Positions 57,701 through 60,161 of a stretch of DNA of 64,000 bases are shown one piece after another. The stretch lies in assembly GCA_015055515.1 (NCBI GenBank), contig SVIC01000001.1, forward strand, positions 20,114-84,113. Direction: 5' to 3'. A program made the translations under genes and the position numbers. Source of the stretch: Clostridiales bacterium (GTDB taxonomy: Bacteria > Bacillota > Clostridia > Christensenellales > UBA1242). The first letter of the stretch is position 1. Every line of letters starts with the position of its first letter. Below the pieces are notes generated by a model, which had not been told where the DNA came from, did no database searches, and worked only from the letters and a program-made list of their open reading frames with translations.

Positions 57701-57766
57701 TGTGAATGTGGATCTTGGTCTAATTCCTCTACATATCAAAGTAAAGATCCATATTTTAGATGGTAG
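30629..57766 (+). CDS. Giant (9,045 aa) surface lipoprotein: Ig-like regions plus at least 7 GLUG-motif beta-helix-type modules and a C-terminal Cys/His-rich module
   Basis: Single uninterrupted 27,138-nt ORF with an RBS, promoter and terminator. It has a lipoprotein signal peptide. I counted roughly a hundred copies by eye of x-[VI]-G-G-[ILVF]-x-G-x-N-x-G-x-[IV]-x-[ND]. Module heads of the type I.t.eeL..i.....Y.L..DIDL....W.PIG...PF.G.F.GNG..I lie near 34235, 38860, 41160, 43735, 47390, 49230 and 51200. Confidence 0.9.
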   Translation: MGKFFRIVRRLICAVMVAFACTLSACSCGGGPYDNLKITDVRLVQYTSGHNNIDGSGDKPKVIMNNDANAGVSANYFYIEVVIDGYNGSEEALATIATSAGYDGYVKFHSYEYSTSGSSRVVRGVFEAIYGVENLSFDILTVEGMVSKVFNIEIIKPLDDFDFVQSVVPVIKGEANTIYEKYKSSKYIDFIPADSTQREVELYLDEADYLQGVELGGLNKDNFVISSGNGLIKLDYKMGEVVHNVLSINGGLLEVYNNDYVPNGFTLSARARLLNGSEVVEKCSVVVLDPIMPEDILVANKFTNDSNQDVRRLLDSLGVIDGVPTFRLLLANNAFSVPEYVKHKSANIQFGMLVDQTSNGYQTDEGKNMALIMNSGNLDVEAENLTESAIRCIRVDDNVGDNSCYKISHTVAISNSYNLDFRVYYSKYSKFFDGVTVRVVLEVCEYPDDIKLYEKNSAGVRAVDEVNVYSSYADYISGTQVIANVVSNEFDGELLSNTYTVKAVKKTGENSYEDVNSGIEFKHMASILVPGVTKVNSGEVVTISVKDKTLDFDDLYLCYEAEVGSGGYVVAKYIKLNYIAQELKWNDSVSNTIYVPFTSENIYNSDNAKQKYLSIPISNMASWAGSATNLYKNFVADINDTDRVVEGVDGNLYKLNIYTSVTNLNNRNVIKLNDNNHPNNIFVSDNVLSAENICEPKLNILFDAGENLGECQVELMLPNGRKTTFKLVVYYELPGDTWLTMGVDQADDEVVIKKDEEGVASVQLDALVGDKQTFDVNFNLPSGNKKYSLIELPTDMNATFETSNSKAGKFDDNGILTILGVYDFEVTITLNGFSAKREGGVITGKITDWNDVEKNKMTFTIKVNVESPVREIGLSNSKSSIFTKDTLNNYSNTGSTEFEDKGVSIYSLTDLTNGEDINGAFVKWTFDVISSSVGNDNGYSASWSLSMKKDNNGNDVYEFVGESSEYKGNINAKILNGYATRYILNYDIDNDQNVDFKIYVCIKDIQNIAIFVEYSASVSGIDNTNAEINIEVGAIVTPTYKHLDNSKYTAVLSKGVILSAQRNMRISSITPVLENSTVVFDLRNLQNGVDYDIVDNIRYVMRDTANTKKTFLYKLGLPQHYLADSINRSIVITKDVSNYSVVVDEVNQVVTVQLLSMPIPGTSGYVSPNYMTRLSAKGSQINEGSYSVSTTFRVVVEDGIANPYSIRNQADLQKIANSPTSNYVLASNIYLDSSYEPVGTKGVPFSGTISGAKILADGTKIIYSINNFTYRKTKSLTTASGDDNVYVGIFGYAMGAKFTDIKIYNANIDIDVSGGASDDNVYVGALVGYADKCIIQNIAVDDGNDIASIDGSALQKLSGRYKETVIKGNTNGIKVDSAEGQNTDVNAYVGHIAGKYYMTSDMQSTDVKAYGVLSSDILNARVGGLYGAVGTDSGVKASITYSSGNDSIVTKYANADVIVVINPASYNNILVGSCIGGAVGELGAGITVSNVTIRPIIFGKSNIGGVVGQNYGEVKDCKILPMLMGINSIGGVAGQNNGTLQYNKVQFIDQDDELSFMNSGLIGQHDMGSIVGANNGTVSYNSAYSYISDNISGYDGVSLLINTAGAYYGDILYYKSDNNYTGNANIGVLIGSSVSGATEKYNFAKFNYRSGAEVIAIGNVDSGSTSVIYVNGNGSDITNVPTSGIYSVESMNDKGYGSTAYANEKYYKYKKNDGNDSDIYVIREADVNGVNPIELTIDVPPTDIELEKPNISGDIYDVESSDYYIAISMYELLKDDLDGVSGKTDIEQVFIDYIKEVFKSENRYSLQDLVKINNLPSFVTDSSMVYTLAKGSEAIISVVQGESGLEIEAIGDGLAQIILTNIYNKELVANIYIQVNRKVSDFDISSLAEGANEDITIVKGASTKLSYNLLSQYYYANELVCQLYNAIDMMGNISARVGMRLFMLDGSNIYHTTDDINSYINDNYTEYFSINDLDFKYMQNVDGSNQYLIYVDIDSADACYIYGMEEVSGIGIYAIPYIYTSTGKDKAVLQYFYKWNADGTYNIIENASYEDGLGDKITLNVVKGTTGLSSLDISNVGTPKEATKFSVTMTTDNSDNSKLYFYISDNKNEYNIAGRDRITSIPSQIGGADFYSYVRDGKTIYFNDIYLYEVGIDLNESIAIFDKYQIKLLARKVEENKVTYNFQIEVLDQFKYDCKSSEQYVITFLTNYIIEEESAVEKIGSLRLGYTLMPQELESSDINHFNDVELKTYNVEEGVPTDGYDVNLDLASNTIVIGYNGLLQIDIYPGYANVDKVEITSTSIGGVYVDFEQLVEETTINIANDTSDKYVSRMFYTTYSKAEKERGKITLENITNVYEVNGERRYGFDGTYYVKTYIGNIVDESSNFVLTIKYYSDGNVIEEKTKSFVLYPVIPPTISATINQSKNAPIAIGTDAVIDIKTENMWEEFKVELSGTNGSTVASLNNALDTQNNHFNANEDVIKQMTDKGWLISVNGGYQLTLPVKYDESLIGKELTITMTVKKLINNKVYFAKTNIRIQLALFVVNSMQVDGVENGKFTGIFNQAYELRVNVNATYSKDQDENKTNYIKSQIKLLESRITSNGLDDVGENDIRATKTWFAQENNGQYTNLSIFKPRYGYVVENSYYNISYMSNSGVYENRNFSTLKFRNNILNTNDTIMAQTLIMYSPRDVYNDGASFSGVYVYSASDKGDMGANGTYIPDESDYKYSFSVEFTFNMQRLSNEENPTPVYTEEDLLEMVEGLPYILMEDIEVEDWKPLNTAISSLDGNGHVIRINSFANLEAGSTTAGLFGTISSDTIIKNLIIELPPNPLQMYQTLDPSASDILIDIGTTTQFNFGVVAGVNNGVITNTIVINNADNYRLERDQLLLKENKLSDAEFNERLTKYYYARVQELISEYSYYGARSLTQVRVKSTLEETSSTSIKIGGFVGVNNGFITNSAVEGVSISGPFYVGGFASDNTSKISSSYYKNGNVINNRGNAIQYSGTAGFVVNNSGDIAYSYVEGINTQANINVISGVVLNGEDVLVEYNTLTEQKNGLGNESLREYIGYEYGYVDELFDIRHFGNAVYSTKDSAGFVYNNTGDVNNSYSNIVVAGNSTAGFVYYNKDKATIDSAYSLSSIIRDNIKYSPFGARDSVTGATLNKGSITNAFFLKVSIEDYITLQEQDPSANVGDIIVDKSAYDDIKTDDEKAQYTEYIISKDSEGNDVKQYVKTVYEDRYKSTVVDGLSKGIYDFSDYETFNTFTFNEDKSNNGDSVAKSVWYIPTESMYDEGNTFDKYFKKSTYNINIPQLVSANLRTTSIKYGNFIDPLAKNASIEDIENTLVDDMAISMVGNIISYANDYYNNKVKGVNNDISLTNTKTIYLYAYLTNAYDNFAKNNNWAQDYQRVFYDELRDLRDANADFGYEIDLNISEGDINNVTHDYDGIFTFLKGKVEAKLDADLSNLNKDVEKMREILIAQINTVNQVDEGAESAYSYSNILKNAYDVELVYGDSVLNPYLIDSADDFNIYGLQINEEGVITTNQLDKSMRLVKDIAFGELNKSAQTYDVDFYGDLEGNNMSMSNIKLSAPTESDNSNVRKDFGLFRSLGKLDADDDTKYYATIRNMTLNVEYINANAIEKVGALAGSINYGRIYNVTINGASDNSTISGANVVGGLAGFIGGDTIISNIISNIDVTAKYLHSVSGIGVNLFDATNENIARRNTTIGTEVYQVVGGKLQLVTKANIDSDSGLEPSTAHQFNIYIPFSTKFSQIAYAGGIAGIIDVKDIETGVDDLEDTVYAVTGSKLTGKSVITGEVVGGLFGFAGYQVNIIGSEVDVETGMQLDSAGIAGGMVGHMLGSLDKSFVVNTTQSTMDATLYKNVNSASTTTHNYYNYYGNNSGEVTNFYGGNAHYIGGLIGMAHGAVITHSYNRVDVTNINSKYAGGIIGMAIGSYMDDVYTTASVYSYRAYGGTIGIQTKVATITAPGADATYMLENAYNTNGNNSNQVYHIYNQITYLDTFYDKKDPNDPAVIIAKAENKVASELKDVLEIDSLNSINLWKRDHKNIDRAQYGGAVAPRAYIGSFVGFVVSESGWITYPEISERVIKENAYFMQAFKYNGTQDSEYELLAEVGNAKNNYLSAMKDDKYIAQGQYFVMTMTESNRSILGQNIYTITTPDGKKVLEDGGIYSVSKIVHELELLYGVDKVKNAGTNPTEVNVIHYDVTNNALILRTSNQVYTIATFSHSISNTVNYKYNDVYQGYSGDIIISPTDQRSYRFSRVQQYGSLRTLKEFVTGTYLHSETSNMKYAYVVGSNVAQGGDMAVPTLNPVVPSVYTTWRKDVWNGVEVVNGVRVDASKYVFPSRRYLTYKNVIYVYEFQDLLDNTEQYPDATYILMNNIDMSDYNGNIPLNRNVPFSGVLKSNKLGGQYQNYVIYGMRVEGSANDTFGLFATVKGATFIGFKIAVDYVNIALTDSNGDDITTAGILFGNQDTDKRIRIQDVEILGEYNSNHRGIFQVSGANYVGGLFGKANNVSLIYTGNANGGLDYAVNRLSINVASVSTDDINIGGISGYINNRYDGLLINSVKTLDTEINVSLVLEGRIKKVNVGGIFGHAIAKDNITMSGCGVDVDANVQNNTIKQTVKVDNEDYTVVKNPGINMYLAGREGYQPEGNHKVLVGGLVGKSEIIMDNENNADALVTTNINVNNGTYRFKVFNNSEYNWNSPDNSYVSSKSDIAVGGVVGSVDYFGDDVVIINGVKAHANIKFSQVGDAIEGTKTYVGGAVGAIGAGFFGNEVGVKNINAIGVEGNIDVSVSGVSKNIYTGGIFGYLTNAGNVTESKSNVNISTKLNNGSEGVFLGGFVGHMEDKVEDNLSDTTIGGANDINATINVDVAENATTREIYVGNFAGKVNGMDSERLQISNLVAGGTVNLTGGTDSTLENSYISGFAGHATNVNLSQIATTGKILAEDNTLNITKSYLAGIVGYGEDFSLDQSFSNMTIAIYTRSDDATTIDIDESKLNTVGNHVGGLVGYIKLEGTGATPETVITDSYSAVFIDYDLANNNPTNASTITSEDETNNDASFIGGIIGQLDNYANNLILFDIDRVYSISNIPAITNYDYIKIYDEYNTIGGILGQSTAGKYTDASGTENDCPAYITSAFGSTYYNAELIPYSNYYGMAMGSDEMLFGNFADTYLSIGDGAGKWKQEINNSYPLLNWDNPVQVDGSRQNPIKTTATTVLEEEMSYIIDNEGILSASTNTASNIFYFNGHSISATQLFGTIDSKSIIVGVKSNSNGITIANENNGIIVSTYDNNNKIKVANTNNGVIHAYIASESGANSAYVVGENNGLISSSIVSTSVLPSSISNVSLSKIVYTSASGTLSFSGVYDTYIRQKGMEKVTYIDSNGTPKQFEKIAYDPNKIYATDISNFIISKNNDFTLDFDNVWTMFVVDGLSPADSNLRNNGAPMLRLEVKVRSGTGKWYYRDIDLYDYKYNYSDIDRNADNVIDDNDYVDTSKLYNRDIPYVSTAVYEQNKTMYGNYVWAYSMGTISGYEYYKVINGNTGEEEIHGLKSINNNIIPGSQITIDGDKIITITIKKPSELAWIAYMVNTGQFDFEGVTIIVGANIDLSGKMWTPIGTKVHPFKGSFNGGGYNQESGSMKIIHTISNLNIINADVAGLFGYVAPVENPAEINMFNISVNKGLVIATDTITTGNQVGGSAGSLIGAVVKGDANDLKYSVDFVVTRTNDYEMVLGYNTDVSIRETINNNLAKYVISDSDGVIFNMANINDLSDNKAYFVNDGGNPVVTKYSTTTNYVAIKDDGGRTIKLNGTETTDKYRIEQIGVECDIMKVCDPVDSKEHTLQVVGANAGGMVGYVSSGADVDIIRAENNTYVYSYTGVKNTGAMNYAGGIVGRAEGKLVNMSTIANQGDVYGLYAGGLIGYAKEAVLIENAYNSNGDVSDATAIKDINITTYDAINGGVGAFVGYMNYNVSAGALIANSRDAIIEESYSSTGNTNLVGEYVVDSTLGFDTNNDGVIDDKDVMYDKNADGTIDIADIDYSKVFKYVYVHSDNIENDNDPNTIDLNANEKSVFGKIEITGDETSGYTATYPEDDPDTTDVNEAKYNYLANDTFFTIKDFKNFAWGSIWHRDGSNTKYPVLMFAAGYWIDFATLPSTDNATANISTQIFDGTITQTEKNWYNSNNNTTFYIDRTSQLAWIARMTNAGFDFSGKTIVIRSNLSFAGKIWVAIGHADFDVMSGGKHNSSLTTTDYDTGMVKGSTYRPFKGSVVTATNPQTNIPYIMNMTSIRTVSFMSYYLSVNAEREDFVYKNEVNRKNELNKYSGLFGLTDNANISNISVGEGTVMDTVDGSQYVAGVVGYAYNTALTNISSSTNISYPVVSADENKYVLGGYIGQIAGYAEYSGVDLTSIDPGTNNPTANNLYNLSAYGSIDADAGSNIGGVFGRLYVSSTNKPIIQKMSSMVKIDYGYTLTDININYSASDMGGLIGSVGSTSDLLLYDMTVGVVDTQPTNSKVVSLSINSTKDISNIGGLVGSAVATTNSNIYLAKVSENTTISSTSNNVSNVAGLVGNANNVIITSQYDKVLAAIFLTGKTADIIHMVNVIDGIQPATTEYVLARYNDNASVRVYDYIITLTNGSIELSNGTNVGGMVGNANNVRVYGLVDATIEANANNGNKDYYTTYNIWLQSDKSVSVTTSGGNVGGIVGNYTDGDDSTGSSDYYTTNYVKLIRNISAISGTSGMYVGGIVGNASDIILIQGVINTGTITNGNGIAGNIADGSYILEAESSNGNAVYPATSDVIARNTKLNTTCVGNVSDSSVWDGDNIILYAIPEDKLGYTELNGVKYYTINNELDYLTAQKLHSMRVGGLSFTYLDADDNPITESGYQLVRGVSGNYINSDKFNLYFAEDFKLTVPSLNPMGSENFEYVGKVNGNGKTITISSDTKLTSIDGANTGIFGVLGENANLHNFIIKYTEDLSDTTSSIEKANVSSLVAKVSSNTNVVTITDIKVISEKIDNAGNVVPVTLVATSSNLGGIVAKADGDVTITNCNVSNITFINKNAGTNGGIIGADGGVLTISGGTLKNVTLDGGQYVGSVIGNMTNHNSSADGTILDNVTVSCDNNNTDSLSASANYGLLAGYVAGSISNIKTQQNTTSNLIVTGASSTTLSVGGIAGVVASSANVKDNVVSLTTGNAGGTSNGYAITGTANVNAGGLFGVVTMGSNTVSGNKISVDKIEVEGNEVYLGGVVSVIDSGNEELLGVTNTINKLSATQLSLNVGANTSYVGGIAGSLQPKGSDNPSVSQLSSVVGSATGVNDISIDVKSDSAYIGGLFGEMNNATYGAGVKIDNVSINNIDGANFAKTAYIGGVAGNIVGDSTISGVVNIGGNKLNITGGMSSGGLFGNVAGTLNITNAPTLGTITISNADNAGGLFGNVSGTVSASAISTIANTMTISGANAGAIAGSVSGNGNITFASNQVDIIDNTDNTITITGSTNAGMAFGVIEYTASINGQSNGIANIAISGGSVIGNSNVGGVVGRISGTTAVTFSNVSANSTGITASGITTNAGGIIGAINNGQTLTINTMGVSTTITGGGNAGGIVGNVAGMLTISSDPTLNAIKISNADNAGGLFGNVSGTVSASEISTIANTMTISGANAGAIAGSVSGSISFNATATNPLKISADDMEITGSANASMAFGVISDTAKVNSNTDRTVENISITNGAVISSSTANAGGLCGSVEGTNTIQLTNISVNSTKLYNKDGGGNIATSGNIGGVIGIVGSDQTVNISDIAINTTITGGSNAGGIVGNATEGSTIAMSSGTISDTINITGANTAGGVAGSVSGKMTFGSTDIQITATNIAITSTSNAGIAFGVITDTAMVNSNTAGTIQNVTITGGTVTSSNAGGVVGSITGDNAVTFSNVMVGGTTIIANASSASIGGMIGSAVNIIIINDTNNTNKFTSTTTIKVNDKDGSNANIQSVNLGGFVGKANCATITNVTNSNIATSIPEIANIVANLGGIVGYIDTSDDVTIKITNATNNIALGHATSVANAGGIVGGMTMNNGATAEFVGNVNNGDITAKENAGGILGNGIIADKYENNSIKGNSIDNKNGIIKIKGTTTADKQVIGNGLTIKADNAGGVVGKVDLKTPESSDNADVKQYYVLAYITNFDNYYKVGFVNITQDDPDTEDKNEYKVEGTTTAGGIAGLLRVSYVENCDNHGSSITGTSSIGGIVGQMNGRLVTNCTNYSDIKNSTNVNNVGGIVGANSIGGISDCTNKGKIESSASAVGGIAGGANSNQSRLKANSTEYELIYAWDNVGIINCKNYANVINTKTYGNSAGGIVGSSNGGIFNNCIVGDESSATTTITISAYSYAGGIVGDIAMNGWVVIGGVQLKNNKLYDNITIDSKNYAGASGGIVGTILVGADIKFSGESSYESGTDEIGGLNGTLSHITNDTTYTIPSTVKVIGRAIGGVVGMVDVGSRKANDSTYSNIKENAIFAHISKFVNEATIVGRVGPFEFGTTSYNNVKSLGKASSGGIAGSLRCSVVENCSNNSSNITAGDYKIKESGSTAYTDVFGAIGGIVGEMNGRYIDDCTNTGELKGSGSCIYDKNDDGTDKEHPYSALSVGGITGRITVGYITDCTNLASITGPNDVGGIAGGAIQPVGDGTLSAPVTYSWAKVNGNGAIIPFSGNTNGRSGSVNGITITSTAGNVGGIFGSASTVIISATTINYAKIVGGNNAGGIIGLVSATSDITANNSGAVSSTSGYAAGIVGYISSGALAGTTINGTNSGTINGKTEANVTGDKEDWIYNPRIRVTFVVENNTDTSGATSAFKITFSNVNDMSTTGSNVTLSNNGTTKLRANGTITFTISNSNSSTYSNKVRVKGHYGTASAIDAIAGTSEISLKLDGNSHNYTITLLASYYYYERTRDGDSGATKHSTNLVCGTTQHSHGTNCYKYVLDCSNTEEGHEHGESCNKRVLNCTSAHHSSSCYCSYFDYTTTGENKSSGHYSSMPSYSIRCECGSWSNSSTYQSKDPYFRW
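52790..54480 (+). repeat. Three tandem intragenic repeat units (period 594 nt = 198 aa) inside the giant gene
   Basis: The core 52909-53048 and the core 53503-53642 are 140 nt long and differ at only 3 positions. The offset is exactly 594 nt, so it is in frame. A third, more diverged unit lies around 54100-54300 (gcatttggtgtgata recurs at about 53141, 53727 and 54245). Confidence 0.85.
57470..57763 (+). other. C-terminal Cys/His-rich module of the giant protein
   Basis: The sequence VCGTTQHSHGTNCY-KYVLDCSNTEEGHEHGESCN-KRVLNCTSAHHSSSCYC...IRCECGSW carries three C-x(4-7)-H-x-H-x(3-4)-C-like units plus extra Cys residues. The protein ends in ...DPYFRW. Confidence 0.6.
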
Positions 57767-57804
57767 TATTGAAGTTGTTTTAATTTTAATATTTACTAAA
57801 AAAT

Positions 57805-57839
57805 AAAGGTATTTTGCAATTTTGCAAAGTACCTTTTTT
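57805..57839 (+). terminator. Rho-independent terminator of the giant gene
   Basis: Stem aaggtattttgcaa / ttgcaaagtacctt (one G-U pair) followed by T6. Confidence 0.78.
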
Positions 57840-57877
57840 AATACAATAATAAGTGTAATTGCACTTATTATTGTATT
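57840..57877. repeat. Perfect 16-bp inverted repeat (aatacaataataagtg-N6-cacttattattgtatt)
   Basis: Read directly from the sequence. It abuts the terminator and is not followed by a T-run. Confidence 0.8.
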
Positions 57878-57976
57878 AAATGTTGCTGTATATGAAATAG
57901 ATGAGTATATGTAAGTTAAAAAAATTGAGAAAAAGAGGATATATGAATGGTGTGTTATCGTGATTACATTTGCCTA

Positions 57977-58005
57977 TTGAAATACATAAGTGTATATGAT
58001 ATAAT
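57977..58005 (+). promoter_or_regulatory. Strong promoter of the three-paralogue cassette (TTGAAA-17 nt-TGaTATAAT)
   Basis: TTGAAA lies at 57977-57982. A 17-nt spacer ending in TG at 57997-57998 precedes TATAAT at 58000-58005. The AGGAG RBS is at 58024-58028. Confidence 0.62.
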
Positions 58006-58037
58006 ATACTAAGGATAATGTGTAGGAGAATCTATAA

Positions 58038-59114
58038 ATGGAAAATAATATAAATAGATTAACAGCAAATGAATATGTGTTAATAGAGGACATCTTAAGA
58101 TACAGATGCCCGGAGAATGTTGTGCCATTACAAGAAATGCAAGTAGCAAAAGTGATTGCTCTAGCAGAGTATTATTTAGGCAAAAATGATATGAATAATA
58201 ATATTGACAAGTCGGAAAAAGATCATTTCTACTATGATACATTAAGGGATACAATATATGTAAGAGATGGGATATTCGCGGACGAAAAACGTTATGCAGC
58301 AGATATGATTTCTCTGGCACATGAGGTGTGTCATAGTGCCGATCTTAAAACGGTGAAAGACTGGAAATATATTGTAGAGGGTGCTATGTTCAATGCAAAT
58401 AACCAAAAGAAAATGGTTAATCTAGTGGGCAGAGTATTGAGAAAAAAAGGAATATATAAAGATATAGATACTAAAAAAGCAAGATTTCATGAAAACAAAG
58501 TGAAAGATTATTTTTTAACAAAATATTGGGATACTAATCAAGAACGTACGGCAAGGACTTTTGCGATGGATTTTGTAGGCAAAATTGTAGATTATTGGGA
58601 TAGTGAATGCACAAGTATTCCAGAGGACAGCATAGAATACAAGGTAATGAGCAGAAATGCAGAGGCTATGCGAAGAGAATTATACATATCGAAACTGGAA
58701 GAAAGAAGAAAAGATATTGAGATAGAGCGTTTTGCAGAATCTGATAATACATATATGAAATATGCTAAGGCGATACAAGACTACTATACGACATCTAAGA
58801 ATGGCGAGCCATCATTATTAAATAAAATATGTCAGATGAATGAAGATGGATTTCTTGAATTGGTAAAGACAGATTGTAATCCATTAGATGATATATTTTC
58901 TACAATTAAATTCTTACCTAGAAAAGAAATTGCATATACAGTGGCAATGGAAATATCTCAAGCAAAAACGGTGCAAAGAGAAGAACATTTAATTATGTTA
59001 AGAGATGTAATGTGTTGTGTTGGATTAGACAAGGATGATGATCTAATTAATCTTGTTTCAGACAATATTGATCGTAGTAGGGATCGTGATGGGGTGACGA
59101 TAGATGAGGGATAA
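58038..59114 (+). CDS. Putative zincin-like (HExxHxxD) cytoplasmic protein, paralogue 1 of 3
   Basis: 358 aa. Motifs LAHEVCHSAD and, downstream, NQERTARTFAMDF. No signal peptide. Its stop overlaps the next start by 11 nt. Confidence 0.7.
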   Translation: MENNINRLTANEYVLIEDILRYRCPENVVPLQEMQVAKVIALAEYYLGKNDMNNNIDKSEKDHFYYDTLRDTIYVRDGIFADEKRYAADMISLAHEVCHSADLKTVKDWKYIVEGAMFNANNQKKMVNLVGRVLRKKGIYKDIDTKKARFHENKVKDYFLTKYWDTNQERTARTFAMDFVGKIVDYWDSECTSIPEDSIEYKVMSRNAEAMRRELYISKLEERRKDIEIERFAESDNTYMKYAKAIQDYYTTSKNGEPSLLNKICQMNEDGFLELVKTDCNPLDDIFSTIKFLPRKEIAYTVAMEISQAKTVQREEHLIMLRDVMCCVGLDKDDDLINLVSDNIDRSRDRDGVTIDEG

Positions 59115-60147
59115 AATACTAGATGCAATAATTAGTTATAAACCAACTAGAAATGAGAGGAAGAATGAAGCGCATAGAAAAATGGTGTTGTCTATGGTGT
59201 TCAATGACTTGCAATACTCTGATGCTAGTAAGGTACTAATATGTGAACACGAAATAGATGGCGGAGATGAGGCATGCGCGTATCCAGAAACGAATAGAAT
59301 AGCAATCAAGGATACGTTGTTCACCCCAGATGCCAATTATGCTATTAACCTAATGACACTATGGCACGAAGGGTATCATATAGTGGACTGCAATAGTCAT
59401 AATATAGGAGATAATTATGGTATTGAGAATGGAAAATATTCTAGGCTTTGCGGGTCTACATTCGATGATTTTATTAGTAGAGTTGTCTGTGGAAAGGGAT
59501 TGTATAAAGGTGTAGTAAGTGTAGGCGAGTATGATGATGTGGAAGATGTAAAGTCAAAGGCTGGAGCATATGCTTATAGCAAATATTACTTAGTGCCAGC
59601 AGAGAAAAAGGCAAGATCGTACGCTATGCAAACAATGCAAAAAGTTCTTGATTACGCCGATAGTAAGAAATGGCATAATAAGCAAGCAAAGTCAAATATA
59701 GATGCGATGAGAAAATGCCTTGCTAAAGAAAGGGATGTTGATAAAAGGCGAGAAGAGGCAACAGAGAAGATTAACTATATATACGATAGTGCAATAAAAG
59801 ATATTATGACTAGGGCGACACATTTCTTGACATCTAATGATCCAGATGGCAAGTGCATACTAGATAAGGTATCACAAATGGATGAGGCGGAGTATGTAGT
59901 ATTTGCTAACGAGAATGGCAATGTGTATGAGGATGTGGCATCCACGCTTATATTAGACAATAGTGAAAAAGTGGCAAATAGGCTAGTCTTGGCAGTAGAA
60001 GATTCTAAGCATAAGCAGTGGAAAGATGCCGACTATGCATTAAAGTTAACAAATTATATAATGGGTTGGACGCCTAGCGAGAAGCAATTCATTAGATCTA
60101 TGGAAGAGTGGAAAAGAGAGATAATGGAGCAAGAGATTGGATGCTAA
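59104..60147 (+). CDS. Putative zincin-like (HExxHxxD) cytoplasmic protein, paralogue 2 of 3
   Basis: 347 aa. Motifs LWHEGYHIVD and AEKKARSYAMQT. It aligns with paralogues 1 and 3 along its whole length (YKPTRNE / YKPCRRG; ILDKVSQMDEAEYV / IMDKVSTMEIEDYV). Confidence 0.7.
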   Translation: MRDKILDAIISYKPTRNERKNEAHRKMVLSMVFNDLQYSDASKVLICEHEIDGGDEACAYPETNRIAIKDTLFTPDANYAINLMTLWHEGYHIVDCNSHNIGDNYGIENGKYSRLCGSTFDDFISRVVCGKGLYKGVVSVGEYDDVEDVKSKAGAYAYSKYYLVPAEKKARSYAMQTMQKVLDYADSKKWHNKQAKSNIDAMRKCLAKERDVDKRREEATEKINYIYDSAIKDIMTRATHFLTSNDPDGKCILDKVSQMDEAEYVVFANENGNVYEDVASTLILDNSEKVANRLVLAVEDSKHKQWKDADYALKLTNYIMGWTPSEKQFIRSMEEWKREIMEQEIGC

Positions 60148-60161
60148 AATAAGGAGGATAT

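Noticed and set aside
57366-57806. Two plus-strand ORFs (57366..57584 and 57594..57806) overlapping the 3' end of the giant gene in other frames.
   Set aside because: They are out-of-frame overlaps with the giant CDS and have no RBS. Their odd composition mirrors the Cys/His-rich region read in the wrong frame.
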